NCBI GenBank assembly: GCA_963805975.1
Contig: CAWDVR010000001.1
Location: 480,001 to 544,000, forward strand
Direction of reading: 5' to 3'
Length of the DNA stretch: 64,000 nt
From: an uncultured Acidobacteriota bacterium
GTDB taxonomy: Bacteria; Acidobacteriota; Thermoanaerobaculia; Multivoradales; SZUA-115
In this document: positions 61,901-64,000 of the stretch, one piece after another
Layout of the letters: the number at the start of each line of letters is the position of its first letter
Numbering within the stretch: the first letter of the stretch is position 1
Position numbers and translations under genes: made by a program
Notes under the pieces: model-generated
The model's input: the letters and a program-made list of their open reading frames with translations, nothing else
What the model was told of the DNA's origin: nothing
Databases searched by the model: none

Positions 61901-64000
61901 CGGGATCGGCCGCGACGACGGCGGCCCCACGAGCTGGTCGGCGCGTATCGACCCGCCCACGGGCGACGACTTCCGCGAGTTCGCCGTCGAGTTCGCGGAC
62001 TTCCAGCACGCCTACTGGCCGGAGGGCCTGTTCCCGCCGCCCGGCGCCGGCGAGCTGCAGATCACCTGCCCCAACCCCCAGCGCCTGAAGGGCTATCGCG
62101 ACCACGAGGCCTCGATCAACCCGCCGGCGAGAGAAGAGGTGCCGCCGCCGGCCCTCTACCAGAAGATCGACCAGTGCCCGCTCCTCGAGTGCGACCCGGA
62201 TGGCCCCTACCCGGACGTCCTGATCGTCGGCGACAACCTCAAGGCTTCCTGCCCCGAGGCGTTCTCCGCCGCCGACCCCGGTTACGGCGCGGTCAACTAC
62301 CGCACCGAGCCGGTGGCGCTCCGCGTCCGCGACCCCAACACCAACGACCAGGCCGGCGGCATCCCGGGCGACCTGTCCTACGCCTACGTGACCCTCAACA
62401 ACCGCGCCGATACGCTGCTCAACGGCACCTCGAGCCCCTGGGTGCCCTACCCGCCGCTCACCAACGGCCTCTACGACGGCGACCCCTTCACCCCGTTGCT
62501 TCGGGCCTACGAGGCGGACCCGATCAAGGTGCGCGTGCTGGTCGGCGCGCACGAGGAGGAGCACAACTTCAACTTCAGCGGCGTCAAGTGGCTGCAGGAG
62601 CCCGACCATCCCAGCTCCGGCTGGCGCGGCTCGCAGATGGCCGGCATCTCCGAGTGGTTCGACTTCGACGTCAAGCGTGTTCCCCTGCTCGACGGCACCA
62701 CGCGCAAGGCCGCGGACTTCCTCTACCGGCCGAGCGCCAGCAACGACTTCCAGTGGGACGGCCTGTGGGGCCTGATGCGTCTCTACCGCGGCACGAACGC
62801 GACCTCCCACCTGCCGGTCCTGGGCAGCAACCCGGACGGCGCGGGCCCCGATGCAGAAGAGGAGGCGGACATCATCAGCCTGCGCCCGGTCCACGCGCCG
62901 GAGCTCTCGGAAGGCGCGCTCACCGGCCTCTCCCTGAGCAGCGACAAGACCTCGCCCTACACCCCGGACCCGCCCAGCCAGCTCCCGGTCTTCTGCCCCC
63001 CGCACCAGGCTCCGGTGACCTTCGACATCGTGGCCCTCGCGTCCCAGGCCGCGCTGCCGCAGAACACGCTCTTCTACAACAGCCGCGGCACCTCGGTGAG
63101 CTACCTCGCGCCTTCGGGCGGGGTGTGCTCGGAGGTCAGCCTGCCCAGCCCGACACCGCCGCCGCACGCCGGTCCGCTGCACGACCCGACGGCGATCTTC
63201 TTCGCTCACAAGGCGGACGTGAACACAACGACTCGCAGGCTCAAGCCGGGGGTCAACCCGGAGCCGCTCATCCTGCGCGCCAACGCCGGTGACTGCATCC
63301 AGGTGACGTTGACCAACTGGCTGCCCACCAACTACATGGACGCCGACGGCTTCAGCGGCGTGCACATGATCGTCGAGGACTTCAACGCCAACGACGTCGA
63401 CCCGTCGCTCGCCGTGGGCCTGCACCCGGCGCTGGTGACCTACGACCCGCTCTCCGGCGACGGCATGAACGTCGGCATCAACCCGTTCGTCACCGGGCTG
63501 GCCCAGACTGTGACCCCCAACCAGTCGATCACCTACCACTGGTACGCCGGTCACATCTCCAAGACCAGCACCGGGCGGCTCCTCCTGCGTCCGGTGGAGT
63601 ACGGCGCGATCCCGCTCACCTCCTCCGACCCCATCAAGCACTCGATGCGGGGCGCGGTCGGTGCGCTGATCATCGAGCCGATGGACTCGACCTACATCCT
63701 CGACCAGGTCAAGGAGCACAACATCCCGAGCATTCCCTGGCTCAAGACCTACGCCTCGGCGACCATCGTGACCCCCGAGATCAAGTTCCGCGAGTTCGTC
63801 AACGTCTTCCAGGACGACATCAACCTGTTCTACACCGACGGTCTGAGGATCGGTCTGCCGCCTACCTCCTACCCGCCGGTGGGCAACCTCTCCGTGGTGC
63901 AGGACTCGACCGAGTCCGGCCACCGGGCCTTCAACTACCGCACCGAGCCGGTGTGGTTCCGGCACGGCTTCCAGCCGGAGACCCCGCCCGAGCGCACCCG
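58911..64000 (+). CDS. very large secreted MnxG-like multicopper oxidase (3' end beyond the window)
   Basis: Absent from the ORF track because no stop lies in the window. ATG after GGAGA; signal peptide; RPRPLVLRMNVGDCL; Cu motifs HIFHLHAHQW, IFHCHFYPHFAQGMW, QHIHLVKFD, THDHFGPSTHQQVGLY; same frame at both ends. Confidence 0.85.
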   Translation, partial: MRTLRLSLRLAAFAAALALPLTGQESDPIPDAEPPPVFEEPEAAAGCERHVYANVVALDQVFYLNRLGAFEPQGQVYALEHDVVHPSYNQNTCTGPAPSAGNAVLRRDKRPRPLVLRMNVGDCLHIQFKNWLATSPRDEEQPHTRSASIHVVGMQYGTSIADGGTNVGLNPAGGVVSPGGTVNYTLYGQAPGTFLLYNGAVMVSAGGEGGTISTGLFGAVNVEPRGAEWYRSQVTAHDLLQANLPVPDINPFPKINYNATFSAGNAPYCGANGKPILAMLGAGNTTVYSDLTAIITGPNRGPFAAGTFQELGDMYPERTKPYREFTIIFHDEINAVQAFPHFNDEVLAHTLHSARDAFAINYGTGGAGAEVLANRLKVGPMHQCEECLYEEFFLTSWAVGDPAMVVDKPANNNLVRQTSPGGPTIQCTTQDIKDGRNCYPAQAGPQATRVFYPDDPSNVYHSYLNDHVKFRNLHAGIEDHHIFHLHAHQWVHSPESDKSAYHDSQSIGQGVGWTYDIAYNGSGNRNRTVGDSIFHCHFYPHFAQGMWSLWRVHDVLETGTRLTSEGKPVHFTDGSGNVFVTNTRALPDGEIKTGTPIPAVVPIPGQPMAPLPAPVQLVNGDIGPAVPASNPGYPFFVAGSAGRRPPHPPLDTAWDGGLPRHVVKEGTVGLEEHNRLSFDKHLDQIKPRWVPETGTPTEILAMDFHSAGYHLTATPEGAMGQAFGVNHRPPVAGAPFADPCEKPNSFFDPTPQEPVNSNRTPDRTYKAANIQMDMVFNKEGWHYPQQRLLALWEDVIPTLYAERAPEPLFIRANDGECIEYHHTNLVPKTYEVDDYEVRTPTDVIGQHIHLVKFDVTSSDGSGNGFNYEDGAFSPEEVQSRIHAIRTANGCGPGDFDAYPYTQPTCPHPQEHPFFKPEGINANCDQDYPDDWLGAQINIQRWWADPARDQNGVSRTLRTVFTHDHFGPSTHQQVGLYAGLIIEPAGSRWYENEGVGQLGIGRDDGGPTSWSARIDPPTGDDFREFAVEFADFQHAYWPEGLFPPPGAGELQITCPNPQRLKGYRDHEASINPPAREEVPPPALYQKIDQCPLLECDPDGPYPDVLIVGDNLKASCPEAFSAADPGYGAVNYRTEPVALRVRDPNTNDQAGGIPGDLSYAYVTLNNRADTLLNGTSSPWVPYPPLTNGLYDGDPFTPLLRAYEADPIKVRVLVGAHEEEHNFNFSGVKWLQEPDHPSSGWRGSQMAGISEWFDFDVKRVPLLDGTTRKAADFLYRPSASNDFQWDGLWGLMRLYRGTNATSHLPVLGSNPDGAGPDAEEEADIISLRPVHAPELSEGALTGLSLSSDKTSPYTPDPPSQLPVFCPPHQAPVTFDIVALASQAALPQNTLFYNSRGTSVSYLAPSGGVCSEVSLPSPTPPPHAGPLHDPTAIFFAHKADVNTTTRRLKPGVNPEPLILRANAGDCIQVTLTNWLPTNYMDADGFSGVHMIVEDFNANDVDPSLAVGLHPALVTYDPLSGDGMNVGINPFVTGLAQTVTPNQSITYHWYAGHISKTSTGRLLLRPVEYGAIPLTSSDPIKHSMRGAVGALIIEPMDSTYILDQVKEHNIPSIPWLKTYASATIVTPEIKFREFVNVFQDDINLFYTDGLRIGLPPTSYPPVGNLSVVQDSTESGHRAFNYRTEPVWFRHGFQPETPPERT

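Noticed and set aside
58836-63965. 1709-aa minus-strand ORF
   Set aside because: Antisense shadow of the multicopper oxidase caused by high-GC codon bias; no recognisable motifs.

Overview
High-GC bacterial chromosomal window, probably Acidobacteriota (inferred from three tandem Acidobacterial-type VWFA genes and the era/mgtE/recO/glyQS/ppdK neighbourhood). It is mostly housekeeping and envelope genes. From left to right: a moxR-DUF58-DUF4381-batA-batB-batC-batD operon on the minus strand, preceded by a consensus sigma-54 promoter; a small ArsC/Spx-like thioredoxin-fold gene that the ORF track truncates because of an in-frame UGA in a UxxC motif, followed by a SECIS-like hairpin (probable selenoprotein); esterase-lgt-thiD-ypdA; three secreted VWFA paralogues; DUF62; DUF2064-nnr-tsaE-hbd; phoH-HDIG-ybeY-corC-era; an M16 peptidase pair on the opposite strand; mgtE-recO-glyQS-ppdK; an MNT-HEPN toxin-antitoxin pair; a secreted metzincin; mutL-rnc-asnS; several metabolic and transport genes; a two-component cluster; and the first ~1700 codons of a giant MnxG-like multicopper oxidase. 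Four families of short palindromic (REP-like) repeats are present, and several are built into coding sequence (BatD N-terminus, ThiD C-terminus, phoH and rnc stop codons). Three genes carry single-base frameshifts, probably sequencing errors. I recognised no rRNA, tRNA, CRISPR array or transposase. All family assignments come from motif recognition by eye; no database search was run.
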